Source: an uncultured Clostridia bacterium (GTDB taxonomy: Bacteria > Bacillota > Clostridia > UBA1381 > UMGS1253). Taken from it: a DNA stretch of 64,000 nt. The stretch is taken from assembly GCA_934457145.1 (NCBI GenBank), contig CAKSHP010000001.1:129903-193902 (forward strand). The letters run 5' to 3'. The notes under the pieces are model-generated. The model worked only from the letters and a program-made list of their open reading frames with translations, had not been told where the DNA came from and did no database searches. Of the stretch, positions 49,771 to 58,463 are shown piece after piece. The position numbers were made by a program, and so were the translations under genes. How positions within the stretch are numbered: position 1 is the first letter of the stretch; each line of letters opens with the position of its first letter.

Positions 49771-51282
49771 TTATTTTTCAAGCATGCTCTCGCCCGTCAT
49801 CTCTTCCGGTTTGTCAAGTCCCATCATGTCAAGAAGCGTCGGGGCAATGTCGGCAAGTCTGCCTTCAGGCTTTAAGTTTGCGTCGTAATTTACCATAACG
49901 AGCGGAACGGGGTTTGTTGAATGTGATGTTACAACGTTTCCGTTATCATCAAACATTTCATCGGCATTTCCGTGGTCTGCGGTAACAAGTGCGCAGCCGC
50001 CTTTTTTAACGATTGCGTCAAGCGTTTTGCCGAGACACTCGTCAACTGCTTCAACGGCTTTTTTTGCAGCGTCGAAAACGCCTGTGTGGCCGACCATGTC
50101 GCAGTTTGCATAGTTTAATACTATAACGTCATACTTATCGGAATTTATTCTTTTAACAACTTCATCGCAAACCTCATATGCGCTCATTTCAGGCTTAAGA
50201 TCGTATGTTGCAACCTTTGGCGATGCAATCAGGGCGCGGTCTTCGTTTTTATATTCTTTTTCAACGCCGCCGTTAAAGAAGAATGTAACGTGTGCATATT
50301 TTTCGGTTTCTGCGATACGAAGCTGCGTAAGACCTTTGTTGCTTATATATTCGCCGAATGTGTTTACAAGCTTGGTGGGCTTGAATGCAACGTCAACGTT
50401 CGGCATTGTTTTGTCGTACTGTGTCATGCAGATGTAGCAAAGCGGGAAAAACTTTCGCTCAAAGCCGGTAAAGCTTTCGTCAACGAGCGAACGCGTTATT
50501 TCGCGTGCGCGGTCGGGGCGGAAGTTAAAGAATATAACGGAATCATTTGCTTTTATGGTTTCTGCGCCGTCTATCACAGTCGGAACAACAAATTCGTCGG
50601 TTACATCATTTTTATAAGACTCGCGAACGGCTTTTTCGGCATCATCTGAGTGATTTCCCTCGCCTTTAACCATTGCGTTGTATGCCAAAACAACTCTTTC
50701 CCAGCGGTTGTCGCGGTCCATTGCGTAATATCTGCCCATTACGGTTGCAATTTTTCCCGTACCGATTGCGCCAAGCTTTTCTTCAAGCTCTTTTACATAA
50801 TCTGCGCCGGTTGTCGGGCCAACGTCTCTGCCGTCTAAGAAGCAGTGAACATAAACTTTTTTTAGCCCCATCTTCTTTGCAAGCTCGATTATTGCATAAA
50901 GATGAGTGTTGTGAGAATGTACGCCGCCGTCTGACAAAAGTCCCATAACGTGCAGGGCGCTGCTGTGTTCTTTTACGTTGTTTATTGCTTTTAAAAATGC
51001 TTCGTTTTCAAAAAAGTCGCCGTCCTGGATGGATTTTGTTATTCTTGTAAGCTCCTGATACACAATTCTTCCGGCGCCGATATTCGTGTGTCCCACTTCG
51101 GAATTTCCCATTTGTCCGTCGGGCAGACCAACATCAAGTCCGCTTGCGTAGATTTTATTGTGCGGATATTTTTTCAAAAGCGAATCCATAACCGGTGTTG
51201 CAGCAGCATCAATTGCCGATTGTTTTTTATCTTTTGCTATGCCGTAGCCGTCCAGTATAATGAGGGCTGTTGGTTTTTTCAT
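49771..51282 (-). CDS. gpmI: 2,3-bisphosphoglycerate-independent phosphoglycerate mutase
   Basis: MKKPTALIILDGYG and GNSEVGHTNIGAGR are present. The start at 51282 is preferred over 51291 because of RBS spacing. Confidence 0.95.
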   Translation of the reverse strand: MKKPTALIILDGYGIAKDKKQSAIDAAATPVMDSLLKKYPHNKIYASGLDVGLPDGQMGNSEVGHTNIGAGRIVYQELTRITKSIQDGDFFENEAFLKAINNVKEHSSALHVMGLLSDGGVHSHNTHLYAIIELAKKMGLKKVYVHCFLDGRDVGPTTGADYVKELEEKLGAIGTGKIATVMGRYYAMDRDNRWERVVLAYNAMVKGEGNHSDDAEKAVRESYKNDVTDEFVVPTVIDGAETIKANDSVIFFNFRPDRAREITRSLVDESFTGFERKFFPLCYICMTQYDKTMPNVDVAFKPTKLVNTFGEYISNKGLTQLRIAETEKYAHVTFFFNGGVEKEYKNEDRALIASPKVATYDLKPEMSAYEVCDEVVKRINSDKYDVIVLNYANCDMVGHTGVFDAAKKAVEAVDECLGKTLDAIVKKGGCALVTADHGNADEMFDDNGNVVTSHSTNPVPLVMVNYDANLKPEGRLADIAPTLLDMMGLDKPEEMTGESMLEK

Positions 51283-51481
51283 AATTCTCATGCCTTTCTG
51301 CCTGCTTTATATGATATGTTTTTTACCGCAGGCGGGCAAAAAAACGGTTTAAAGGTGCTAAAAACCGGGGTAAGGAGTAAAAATTTTAAAAAAGTCTTAA
51401 AAAAATTACCCCCGAATTTAGCACAAAAGGGCAAGACTGCATATGCTCTCAGTCTTACCCCTTGTTTATTTAATTTGAAAA

Positions 51482-52228
51482 TTAATACTTAACAATAGCT
51501 GTAAAATCAGCAACTTTTAAGCTTGCGCCTCCAACAAGACCGCCGTCGATATCGCTCATTTCGAAAAGCTCTTTTGCATTGCTTCCCTTTACGCTTCCGC
51601 CATACTGAACAATGATTTTTTCAGCTGTTTCATTGCCGTAAAGCTCGCCGATTACTTTTCTTATAGCGCCGCAAACTTCGTTTGCCTGCTCGCTTGTAGC
51701 GGTTTTGCCTGTTCCGATTGCCCAGATGGGTTCGTATGCAATAATGATGTTTTCAGCGTCTTTTGCGCTAACGTTCATGAATGCGATTTTAACCTGTGAA
51801 CGGATAAGGTCGATTGTGATGCCCTGTTCTCTTTCTTCTAAGGACTCACCAACGCAAACTATGGGTTTAAGACCTTTTTCGATTGCCTTTAAAATCTTTT
51901 TATTAACTGTTACATCTGTTTCTGCAAAATACTGTCTTCTTTCGCTGTGACCGATTATAACATATTCAACGTCAATGTCTTTGAGCATATCAGCGCTGAC
52001 TTCGCCTGTGTATGCGCCGCTGTCTTCAAAAAACATATTCTGAGCGCCGATTTTGATGTTTGTTCCCTTTGCTGCTTCAACTGCTGCCGGTAAGCAAACG
52101 AAAGGTACGCAAGCTATAACGTCTGTTTTTGCATCTTTAACTGACGGTGCAAGCTCTTTAATAAACGCTGCTGTTTCAGAAGGCGTTTTATTCATTTTCC
52201 AGTTACCTGCTACAACTATTTTTCTCAT
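51482..52228 (-). CDS. tpiA: Triose-phosphate isomerase
   Basis: [21 protein letters not shown] and [11 protein letters not shown] are present. The track ORF is artificially extended upstream into the repeat. GGAG lies 10 nt upstream of the ATG at 52228. Confidence 0.97.
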   Translation of the reverse strand: MRKIVVAGNWKMNKTPSETAAFIKELAPSVKDAKTDVIACVPFVCLPAAVEAAKGTNIKIGAQNMFFEDSGAYTGEVSADMLKDIDVEYVIIGHSERRQYFAETDVTVNKKILKAIEKGLKPIVCVGESLEEREQGITIDLIRSQVKIAFMNVSAKDAENIIIAYEPIWAIGTGKTATSEQANEVCGAIRKVIGELYGNETAEKIIVQYGGSVKGSNAKELFEMSDIDGGLVGGASLKVADFTAIVKY

Positions 52229-52235
52229 AATAAAA

Positions 52236-52612
52236 AATCTCCATTCCGCCGCCCTGCAAGGCATAAATAGTAATATAAAGTTTTCTCTTATCAGGCAGGG
52301 CAAGGAATGATAAGAGATTTTTTTGTCCAAGTGCGTTTTTAAAGGCAAGGCCTTTAAAAAAATCGCACGGACTAATTAAATCCGCCGGAGGCAAACGCAA
52401 ATTTTTTGCGTTTAATCTCCATTCCGCCGCCCTGCAAAGCATAAATAGTAATAAATTTTTCTCTTATCAGGCAGGGCAAGGAATGATAAGAGATTTTTTT
52501 GTCCAAGTGCGTTTTTAAAGGCAAGGCCCTTAAAAAATCGCACGGACTAATCAAAACCGCCGGAGGCAAACGCAAATTTTTTGCGTTTAATCTCCATTTT
52601 GCCGCCCTGCAT
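52236..52612 (-). repeat. Tandem ~177-nt repeat (2.1 copies) in the pgk-tpiA spacer, with three hairpins per unit on the transcribed strand
   Basis: Unit 1 is 52236-52413, unit 2 is 52414-52588, and a 24-nt partial copy is 52589-52612. The full units are about 95% identical. Each unit ends in the tpiA Shine-Dalgarno-containing sequence GCAGGGCGGCGGAATGGAGATT. Confidence 0.9.
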
Positions 52613-52689
52613 CGGCACAAATTTTTTGGTTAGTCATTTGCTGACGCAGGGCTAAAACAGCAAAGGATTAGATCAATTTTAAATAAAAA

Positions 52690-53886
52690 TTATTTGTCCT
52701 GAAGGCAAGCTATACCGGGAAGCTCTTTTCCTTCCAGAAATTCAAGCGAAGCTCCTCCGCCTGTTGAAATGTGGCTCATTTTGCTGCCAAGACCTGCCTG
52801 GTTAACCGCAGCAACGCTGTCACCGCCGCCGATAATTGTTATAGCGTCCAAATCAGCAAGCATCTGTGCAATAGCGTTTGTGCCTTTTGCAAATGTGGGC
52901 ATTTCAAACACGCCCATAGGTCCGTTCCAAACAACTGTTTTTGCGTCTTTTAATGCGTCTTTGAAAAGCGCAATTGTTTTTTCGCCGATGTCTAAGCCTT
53001 CCCAGTCTGCTTCTATGTGACCTGCATCAACTGTTTTGTGCTCTGCATCGTTTGAAAATTCCTTTGCAACAACCGTGTCAACGGGGATTAAAAGCTCAAC
53101 GCCTTTGTCCTTAGCCTTTTGCATCATATCTTTTGCGTAGTCTATATAATCTGCTTCAAGAAGCGATTTTCCGACTTCATAGCCTTTTGCTTTCATGAAT
53201 GTGTAAGCCATACCGCCGCCGATAATAAGCTTGTCAACCTTCTCTAAAAGATTGTTTATAACAGATATTTTGGAAGAAACTTTGCTGCCGCCCAGAATAG
53301 CAACACAGGGTCTTACCGGATTGTTTACGGCATTGCCCAGAAATTCAAGCTCTTTTTCAATAAGAAAACCTGCAACGGCAGTGTCAAGATAATCCGTAAC
53401 GCCAACGGTTGAGCAGTGTGCTCTGTGTGCGGTACCGAAAGCATCGTTTACAAATATTTCTGCCAGAGAAGCGAGTTCTTTGCTGAAGGTTTCAACATTT
53501 TTGGTTTCTTCTGCTCTGTAGCGGGTGTTCTGAAGCAATACAACATCGCCGTCTTTCATTTCGGCAACTGCTTTTTTAGCGTTTTCGCCGACAACATTGT
53601 CATCAGCTGCAAAAACAACTTCTTTTCCGAGCTTTTCGGAAAGGCATTTTGCTACAGGCGCTAATGAGAGTTCGGGTTTGGGTTCGCCTTTGGGTTTTCC
53701 CATATGAGAGCAAAGTATTACTTTTGCGCCTTTTTCAATTAAATATTTAATTGTGGGGAGCGCACCGAGTATTCTTGTTTCGTCGGTAATGTTTTGGTTT
53801 TCATCGAGCGGTACGTTAAAATCGCAGCGTACCAGCACTTTTTTACCGGTTACATCAATGTCTTTAACAGTTTTTTTGTTAAGCAT
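52690..53886 (-). CDS. pgk: Phosphoglycerate kinase
   Basis: [18 protein letters not shown] and [13 protein letters not shown] are present. Confidence 0.97.
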   Translation of the reverse strand: MLNKKTVKDIDVTGKKVLVRCDFNVPLDENQNITDETRILGALPTIKYLIEKGAKVILCSHMGKPKGEPKPELSLAPVAKCLSEKLGKEVVFAADDNVVGENAKKAVAEMKDGDVVLLQNTRYRAEETKNVETFSKELASLAEIFVNDAFGTAHRAHCSTVGVTDYLDTAVAGFLIEKELEFLGNAVNNPVRPCVAILGGSKVSSKISVINNLLEKVDKLIIGGGMAYTFMKAKGYEVGKSLLEADYIDYAKDMMQKAKDKGVELLIPVDTVVAKEFSNDAEHKTVDAGHIEADWEGLDIGEKTIALFKDALKDAKTVVWNGPMGVFEMPTFAKGTNAIAQMLADLDAITIIGGGDSVAAVNQAGLGSKMSHISTGGGASLEFLEGKELPGIACLQDK

Positions 53887-53984
53887 AAAAAAACACCTCT
53901 TTATTAAAATTATTTGTAATACATTTAAACGCAGTACAAATCAGAACAAAACCATATAATATACATTTTGTCCATACATTATAT

Positions 53985-54013
53985 ATTCTACACTATTTTC
54001 GGGATATTTTCAA
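53985..54013 (-). promoter_or_regulatory. Sigma-A type promoter for pgk-tpiA-gpmI
   Basis: On the minus strand: TTGAAA (54013-54008), 17-nt spacer, TAGAAT (53990-53985). Confidence 0.45.
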
Positions 54014-54147
54014 GCATTATATTTAAAAAACTTAAAAAATAATGTAAAAATTTATATTTTGCGGGAATGTTTTTTTGTTAATTTTATATTATTATGACAG
54101 GCGGCGGGAAAAATAAAACGATTTTTTGAAAGATTCGGCAAAAGAAA

Positions 54148-54293
54148 TTCGAAAAAAATGCAATTGTTTTTCCGAAAAATGACTGACGGCGAAAGTTTCT
54201 AAAAAATTATTGAATTTTTAACATTTATCGGACTTGGTTGCTGTAAAAATTAAAAATATTGCAAATTTTTTTGGTTTTTCGAAAAAAATGCAA
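54148..54293. repeat. Exact 16-mer TTCGAAAAAAATGCAA present twice, with palindromic TTTTTCGAAAAA core
   Basis: The copies lie at 54148-54163 and 54278-54293. A related TTTTTCCGAAAAATG lies at 54167-54181. All are in the divergent pgk/permease control region. Confidence 0.6.
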
Positions 54294-54335
54294 CACTTTT
54301 TTTAAAAAATTTTTCAAAATAAAAACAAGTAGTAG

Positions 54336-54364
54336 TTTACAAACGGTGAAAAATATGTTATAGT
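54336..54364 (+). promoter_or_regulatory. Sigma-A type promoter for the permease operon
   Basis: TTTACA (54336-54341), 17-nt spacer ending in TGT, TATAGT (54359-54364). Confidence 0.5.
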
Positions 54365-54498
54365 ATTTTATGAAAATGTTGTTCGTGCATTTTTTTGTGC
54401 GCGCAAACGGGACAAATGCATAACGTGCATTTATGCGGAAAGTCTTTTTTGCGGCGTGCGTAAACAATTAAATTTTTTAGTATAAAGGAGGAAACATC

Positions 54499-55911
54499 AT
54501 GCCCAATGCGGTTAAAAAGGTCGGCATTTTTGAGCCGCCGACGAAACCGAAAATCACTAAAGAAATGAAAGCCAACATGGCAAAATCAGGGCTTGATTCC
54601 GCCGCACAGAAAAAAGCTTTGGAGGAACAGCTGACAGCTGCCAAAGCAAAATATCTTGAAGATATGGCGCAGTGGAATGAAAAACCCCAAACCGAACCTC
54701 AGACGGTTGAAGCATTAAAATCCGAACTTGAGGAGTTTAAGGCTTCTGTTCCGAAGAGAAAGGAAGAAATCGAAAAAACGTATAAAGAAGAGGTTGCTCA
54801 TGCAAGCTCACTTGAACCGTTTGAAAGAAAAGTGGCGCTTATGAAAGCGAAAGAAAAGCGTCATAACGCGCTTCTTGATATAAAAGAAGCACACCGCGTG
54901 AAATTTGAAGCGTATGAAAAGGCAACATGTTCATCCGCGCAGATATTTAAGCGCAAGAAGAAAAGCAAAACGCTTGCTGCCATATGGCGCGACAAGTATT
55001 TGTATTTAATGCTTGTTCCGTTTATTGCGTGGTACGCTGTGTTTCATTATCTTCCTATGTACGGAATCACGATGGCGTTCCGTCAGAAAAAGGCATTTAA
55101 GCCGCAGGAGGCACCGTTTTTATGGGAGGTTGGCAGAGATCCGTTTGAGCATTTTAAAAACTTCTTAACAGGACCTTATTGCTACAGACTTTTCAGAAAT
55201 ACAATAGTTATTAACTTAATGAGCCTGGTATTGGGATTCCCGCTGCCGATTATATTTGCGCTTCTTTTAAATGAGCTGCGTTCAAAACTGTTTAAAACAT
55301 CGGTGCAGACGATTTCATACCTGCCTCACTTTATTTCAAGCGTTGTTGTTGCCGGTCTGGTTACAAACTTCCTTGCACCTTCGGGCTTGATAAACACAGT
55401 TATAAACAATGTATTTAAACCCAGCGAAACGGTTACTACAAATTATATGTTAAAATCCGATTTGTTCAGATGGATATACGTGCTTATGGGACTTTGGCAG
55501 GGCACAGGTTTCGGTTCTATTATCTACACCTCCGCTTTGGCAGGCGTTGACCAGGAGCTATACGAAGCTGCGCACATCGACGGTGCCGGCAGATGGAAGC
55601 AGATGTTACATATTACATTGCCCGGTATTATGCCGACTATTGCAATTATGCTTATCATGCGTCTGGGCGGCTTGCTTAACGTTGGTTATGAAACAATTAT
55701 TCTTTTGTATAAGCCGGAAACATATGAAACGGCCGATGTTATCAGTTCTTATGTGTACCGTATAGGTATCGGCGGTTCAGGCTCCGGTCAGTCTTCACCC
55801 GACTACAACCTGTCAACCGCAACGGGCTTGTTTAACGCTATTATTTCATTAATACTTGTATCAATTTCCAACACTGTGTCGCGTAAAGTCGGCGAAGTTG
55901 GTTTGTGGTAA
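54499..55911 (+). CDS. CUT1-family sugar ABC transporter permease (LplB/YteP-like) with ~150-aa charged N-terminal extension
   Basis: AAAGGAGG RBS. The canonical part begins near aa 150 (KRKKKSKTLAAIWRDKYLYLMLVPFIAWYAVFHYLPMYGITMAF). The EAA loop reads YEAAHIDGAGRWKQMLHITLPGI. Confidence 0.85.
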   Translation: MPNAVKKVGIFEPPTKPKITKEMKANMAKSGLDSAAQKKALEEQLTAAKAKYLEDMAQWNEKPQTEPQTVEALKSELEEFKASVPKRKEEIEKTYKEEVAHASSLEPFERKVALMKAKEKRHNALLDIKEAHRVKFEAYEKATCSSAQIFKRKKKSKTLAAIWRDKYLYLMLVPFIAWYAVFHYLPMYGITMAFRQKKAFKPQEAPFLWEVGRDPFEHFKNFLTGPYCYRLFRNTIVINLMSLVLGFPLPIIFALLLNELRSKLFKTSVQTISYLPHFISSVVVAGLVTNFLAPSGLINTVINNVFKPSETVTTNYMLKSDLFRWIYVLMGLWQGTGFGSIIYTSALAGVDQELYEAAHIDGAGRWKQMLHITLPGIMPTIAIMLIMRLGGLLNVGYETIILLYKPETYETADVISSYVYRIGIGGSGSGQSSPDYNLSTATGLFNAIISLILVSISNTVSRKVGEVGLW

Positions 55912-55929
55912 GAAAGGGGGATATTATAA

Positions 55930-56838
55930 ATGAAAATTAAACGCAGTAAAGGCGAAGTAGTATTTGATACTGTAAATGTCATATTAATGCTTATTGTTAT
56001 AGTTATTACTCTGTATCCTCTGTGGTATGTGCTTATATCATCTTTATCCACACCGACAGCGGTACAGGAGGGTGAAACAATGTTTTTGCCCGTGTTTGCA
56101 AAGGGACAGCTTTTCAACTTTGCAGCATACAAAGAAGCGTTTGAATACCAGGACGGTCTTATTAAATACGCATACGGCAACACGATTTTGTATGCCGGTG
56201 GGGGTACTATAATAAGTATGCTTTTGTCGGTGCTCGGCGCATATCCTTTGTCAAAGAAAAGATTGAAGGGCAGAATGTTCTTTACAATGGTAATGCTTGT
56301 TTCAATGTGGTTCAACGCAGGTATGATTCCTACATACTTAAACCTTAAAAACCTTGGTTTTGAGGATTCGAGAGTCGGTATAATGATCGGATTTGCGCTT
56401 TCCGCGTTCTACGTTGTGCTTATCAGAACATATTTTGAATCAATATCGGATTCTTTGGAAGAATCGGCAAAAATGGACGGTGCAAACGACCTTACAATTT
56501 TGTTTAAAATATATCTTCCGCTTTCGGTTCCGGCGCTTATGACGGTTGGTCTTTACTACTTCGTTGATAAGTGGAACGCATATTTATGGTCTTCGATTTT
56601 GTTTAAAACAGATAAGAAGATGCCGCTTCAGGTTATCTTAAAGAAACTCGTTGTTGACAGACAGGCGTCAAGCGAATCGGTTGCCAACATGGACAGCTCG
56701 GTGCTTGGCGGCGGAACAAGCAGCGAAACGGTTATTTATGCAACAATTATGCTTGCTGTAATTCCTATGCTTATTATTTATCCGTTTGTTCAGAAGTTCT
56801 TTGTAAAAGGTATCATGGTTGGTTCCGTTAAAGGTTAA
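55930..56838 (+). CDS. CUT1-family sugar ABC transporter permease (LplC/YtcP-like)
   Basis: GGGGGA RBS. The EAA loop reads EESAKMDGANDLTILFKIYLPLSVPA. Six TM segments are present. Confidence 0.9.
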   Translation: MKIKRSKGEVVFDTVNVILMLIVIVITLYPLWYVLISSLSTPTAVQEGETMFLPVFAKGQLFNFAAYKEAFEYQDGLIKYAYGNTILYAGGGTIISMLLSVLGAYPLSKKRLKGRMFFTMVMLVSMWFNAGMIPTYLNLKNLGFEDSRVGIMIGFALSAFYVVLIRTYFESISDSLEESAKMDGANDLTILFKIYLPLSVPALMTVGLYYFVDKWNAYLWSSILFKTDKKMPLQVILKKLVVDRQASSESVANMDSSVLGGGTSSETVIYATIMLAVIPMLIIYPFVQKFFVKGIMVGSVKG

Positions 56839-56851
56839 TAAAAAGTTTTAT

Positions 56852-56891
56852 AAAAACTGCCGCAGACTTTTGAGAGTGCGGCAGTTTTTTT
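56852..56891 (+). terminator. Rho-independent terminator after the permease pair
   Basis: CTGCCGCA (56857-56864) pairs with TGCGGCAG (56877-56884), extended by AAAA/TTTT. A T7 run follows at 56885-56891. Confidence 0.8.
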
Positions 56892-56900
56892 GTATCGCAC

Positions 56901-56929
56901 TTGAAAAGGATATAAAATTATGATACAAT
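56901..56929 (+). promoter_or_regulatory. Sigma-A type promoter for malQ
   Basis: TTGAAA (56901-56906), 17-nt spacer ending in TGA, TACAAT (56924-56929). Confidence 0.5.
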
Positions 56930-56990
56930 ATGAAAATAAAGAAGTTGTTAAATTAAAAAGCGTTTTATCAGAAAGGCAGTGTGAATTAAA

Positions 56991-58424
56991 ATGAAAAGAG
57001 GATCCGGAGTGCTTATGCATATATCGTCGCTTTTCGGCGACTATTCGTGCGGAAGCTTTGGCGAAGAGGCAAAATATTTTATTGATTTTTTATCGGATTG
57101 CGGTTTCTCGTATTGGCAAGTTTTGCCGTTTTGTATGGTAGACGAATGTAACTCGCCGTACAAATCATATTCGGCATTCGGCGGAAATCCGTATTTTGTT
57201 GATTTAAACGAACTTTATAAAAAGAACCTTTTAACGGCTGATGAATTAAATGACGCGCGTCAGCAAACGCCGTACTCGTGTGAGTTTGTGCGTCTGTATC
57301 ACACAAGATATGAATATCTGGCAAAGGCTGCCGGGCGGTGTGGTTATAAAGAGGAAGTTGAAAATTTTATAAAACAAAATCCGTATCTTGAAAAGTTTTG
57401 CATGTTTATGGCGCTGAAAGATGCAAACAACCAAAAAGCATGGATAGAATGGACAACGGACAAAATAAATGAAGATGTTTTGTTTATGTGGAAATTTATT
57501 GAGTTTGAATTTTTTGTGCAGTGGAACAAAATAAGAGAGTATGCCAAGGAAAAAGACATAAAAATAATAGGCGATATACCGATTTATGTTTCATATGACA
57601 GCTGTGACGTTTGGGCAAACAAAAAGCTTTTCTGTTTAACGGAGGACCAAAAGCCCAAGTGTGTTGCCGGAGTGCCGCCGGATTACTTCTGCCCGGACGG
57701 TCAGCTTTGGGGAAATCCGCTGTATAACTGGGAAGTTATGAAAAAGGACGGGTTTATGTGGTGGAAAGAGCGCCTTGGTCATATGTTTAATATGTTTGAC
57801 GCGGTAAGAATTGACCATTTCAGAGGTCTTGACTCATACTGGAGCGTGGACGCAGGCGAAACAACTGCAAGAAACGGCAAGTGGGTTAAAGGACCGGGAA
57901 AAGATTTTATCGATATGATACATAAAAATTTCCCGGAAAATATGGTTATTGCGGAGGACCTTGGGGAAATCACCGAAAGCGTCCATGAACTTGTTGAATA
58001 CAGCAAATTTCCGGGCATGAGGGTGTTTCAGTTTGGATTTTTCGGCGATTATGATAATTTGCATCAGCCGCATAACTATAAAAACAATTGCATTGCATAT
58101 ACCGGCACGCATGATAACAACACGCTTTTGGGATATGTTTGGGAGCTTGACGAAAACACGAGAAAGAACATGCTTTCCTACTGCGGTTATGACAATCCGG
58201 ATTGGAACCATGGCTATGACAGCATAATACGAACGATTTTTGCAAGCCATGCAGGAACTGTGATTTTGCCGATACAGGATCTTTTGGGTTACGGTTCGGA
58301 CACGAGGTTAAACATTCCCGGCAAGGCAGACGGAAACTGGCAGTATCGCATAACAAAGCAGCAGTTAGATGAAATTGACAGGAAAAAATATAAAAAATTA
58401 AATCAAACATACGCCAGAGAGTAG
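56991..58424 (+). CDS. malQ: 4-alpha-glucanotransferase (amylomaltase, GH77)
   Basis: The N-terminal RGSGVLMHISSL motif is present, along with GDIPIYV, RIDHFRG, IAEDLG and YTGTHDN. Confidence 0.93.
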   Translation: MKRGSGVLMHISSLFGDYSCGSFGEEAKYFIDFLSDCGFSYWQVLPFCMVDECNSPYKSYSAFGGNPYFVDLNELYKKNLLTADELNDARQQTPYSCEFVRLYHTRYEYLAKAAGRCGYKEEVENFIKQNPYLEKFCMFMALKDANNQKAWIEWTTDKINEDVLFMWKFIEFEFFVQWNKIREYAKEKDIKIIGDIPIYVSYDSCDVWANKKLFCLTEDQKPKCVAGVPPDYFCPDGQLWGNPLYNWEVMKKDGFMWWKERLGHMFNMFDAVRIDHFRGLDSYWSVDAGETTARNGKWVKGPGKDFIDMIHKNFPENMVIAEDLGEITESVHELVEYSKFPGMRVFQFGFFGDYDNLHQPHNYKNNCIAYTGTHDNNTLLGYVWELDENTRKNMLSYCGYDNPDWNHGYDSIIRTIFASHAGTVILPIQDLLGYGSDTRLNIPGKADGNWQYRITKQQLDEIDRKKYKKLNQTYARE

Positions 58425-58463
58425 TATCATATAAAAAATTAAGCGGCAAGGAGCAAGACTAAT

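Noticed and set aside
52236-52612. Possibility that the repeat is a CRISPR array.
   Set aside because: The units are ~177 nt and directly abutting, with no unique spacers, and no cas genes are in the window.
52203-52620. Track ORFs 52203..52442(-), 52372..52620(-) and the N-terminal extension of 51482..52348(-), which encode near-identical peptides (CRAAEWRLNAKNLRLPPA...).
   Set aside because: They are by-products of the tandem repeat. The inter-copy indels change their frames. They have no RBS or start-codon context of their own, and the tpiA start is clearly at 52228 ([13 protein letters not shown]).
54407-54413. CGGGAC, resembling a CggR operator half-repeat near the glycolytic genes.
   Set aside because: There is a single copy without the TGTC partner or a tandem repeat. 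It lies downstream of the permease promoter rather than near pgk, and there is no cggR or gap gene here.
54225-54467. 80-aa ORF on the minus strand in the pgk/permease intergenic region.
   Set aside because: The composition is extremely AT-rich and there is no RBS. It overlaps the predicted permease promoter and leader.
55803-58449. Long antisense ORFs: 55803..56315(-) 170 aa, 57834..58250(-) 138 aa and 57970..58449(-) 159 aa.
   Set aside because: They lie opposite well-supported permease and malQ genes. Their composition is odd (Cys/His/Arg-rich) and they have no RBS.
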